A stretch of 64,000 nt of DNA, taken from NCBI GenBank assembly GCA_020137815.1, contig CM035362.1, positions 4,402,001-4,466,000 on the forward strand. The letters run 5' to 3'. Within the stretch, counting starts at the first letter, position 1. Each line of letters opens with the position of its first letter. The notes beneath the pieces are model-generated. The model was not told where the DNA came from. It saw only the letters and a list, made by a program, of their open reading frames with translations, and did not search any database. Shown here piece by piece: positions 43,261-64,000 of the stretch. Origin of the DNA: Hormiphora californensis. Lineage: Eukaryota > Animalia > Ctenophora. The position numbers were made by a program, and so were the translations under genes.

Positions 43261-44305
43261 CTCGGTACATTGTACAAAGAGAGGGAGAGATATATAATTG
43301 TACAATGTACAAAAGAGAGTATGTGTGTTTGTTTACTAATACCTAACCCGCGAGAGAACTTGTGTGTGCATACGGACACATACTGTATTTTGTTCCATCT
43401 CCTTCATTGATGAAAGGTTTTATGAAGGAGCAATTTTTGAAGAAAGGTATACTCATCTCCGTTAGATAACTAAAAAAGATATCGTGTTTCACTTTGAATG
43501 CTAAATAGAGGACAAATTGGGAAAGGGACATTTCAGACTTTCTCTCCCGCTCTGCGGCTATCGCTACGTTCTGTATTTATCCCCATTACAACTCTGATTC
43601 TGATTCCCAATTTGTCCTTTGTTAAAATGATCGATTTGATCGCATGCCAAATAATGAACAATCAGTTCTGACAGTATCGGCTGGTCACGGAGGTTTCTCA
43701 GATGATCTGTCTGGCGCCACCGAATCGAACCCGTCTGAGAATCAAATTGGGCTCTGGCGCTGCCAGAACGTCTATGATTGACATACAGACCCGATCTTTC
43801 GGTAACTAAATAACCGAAATTAAAGCGGCCTTCGTAGCGTAGGGTGCGTTCCGGGTCGTGTGCCGGTGGTGACACCTAAGTGAGATCGATCTCGGAGCGA
43901 AAATAGGTTGCAATGGATCCAACCGGCAAGTGTGACGGTGCGGTACTATACCACTTGAATTATTGGCATGGCAACAGGTGCCTGGTGCGGGACCACTGGA
44001 ACTATCAGGACCCCGATTTACCCGCAAAAACCCCTTTCCCCGGAACCGGACTGTCCGTCTGGTGGCGCCGACAGTCTACTTGGATGGGGTCGGTGGCCAA
44101 GGTCCGAACAGTGGCTAGCAATAGCATCGGGTTCCGACTGTAAAAAAAGAAAGATTGCTGGATTCAAGTAGAAAATAAAAGAATCTGATCTGAATATATT
44201 TACAAATGTACACTGATTCAATTTCTCAATTCTAAAACTTCCAGGGGGGATACATAAAATACATTTTCACGGACGAGTTTTTAATTTTTGGAATTGTCTT
44301 CTCTC

Positions 44306-63915
<19,610 letters not shown>

Positions 63916-64000
63916 CTGTTTGGAAGAAAGATTAAACTTTTGGAAGAGAGAGAGAAAGCGAGTTTCTTGATATATTTGAAAAATCAAATTGTGTTCCAGC

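Noticed and set aside
43564-44221. Cluster of overlapping 67-103-aa ORFs downstream of ANKAR
   Set aside because: No recognisable domain; it overlaps fragments of family B and another small repeat also seen at ~48140-48210.

Overview
Intron-rich, repeat-rich animal genomic DNA. The gene style and the 109-bp MITE family resemble a pleurobrachiid ctenophore; this is recollection and inference, not a database result. Left end: six tightly packed co-oriented minus-strand genes (SSNA1, a 50-aa ATP5MK/DAPIT missing from the ORF track, CD2BP2, TAF9, a putative secreted gene, and a GPR155/PIN-like transporter running off the edge). Each has a splice acceptor just upstream of its ATG, so this is a candidate SL-trans-spliced operon, head-to-head with an 11-exon SUCLA2. 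SUCLA2 intron 5 holds a 3.8-kb foldback element with a 5-bp TSD. The 20-44 kb middle is gene-poor: GA/CT microsatellites, non-autonomous DNA transposons and a TIR_2-domain gene lacking the catalytic Glu. The right 20 kb is a ~33-exon ANKAR (5' end outside the window) with two antisense nested genes (SLC18B1-like MFS transporter, secreted F-type-lectin-fold protein). The most striking pattern is that many intron ends are tandem copies of the exon-intron junction itself (up to ~10 decoy splice sites), and the copies differ from the real exon mostly at synonymous positions. Several stretches are low-quality consensus (single-base insertions, garbled tracts, poly-G), which limits some calls. All coordinates were read by eye.
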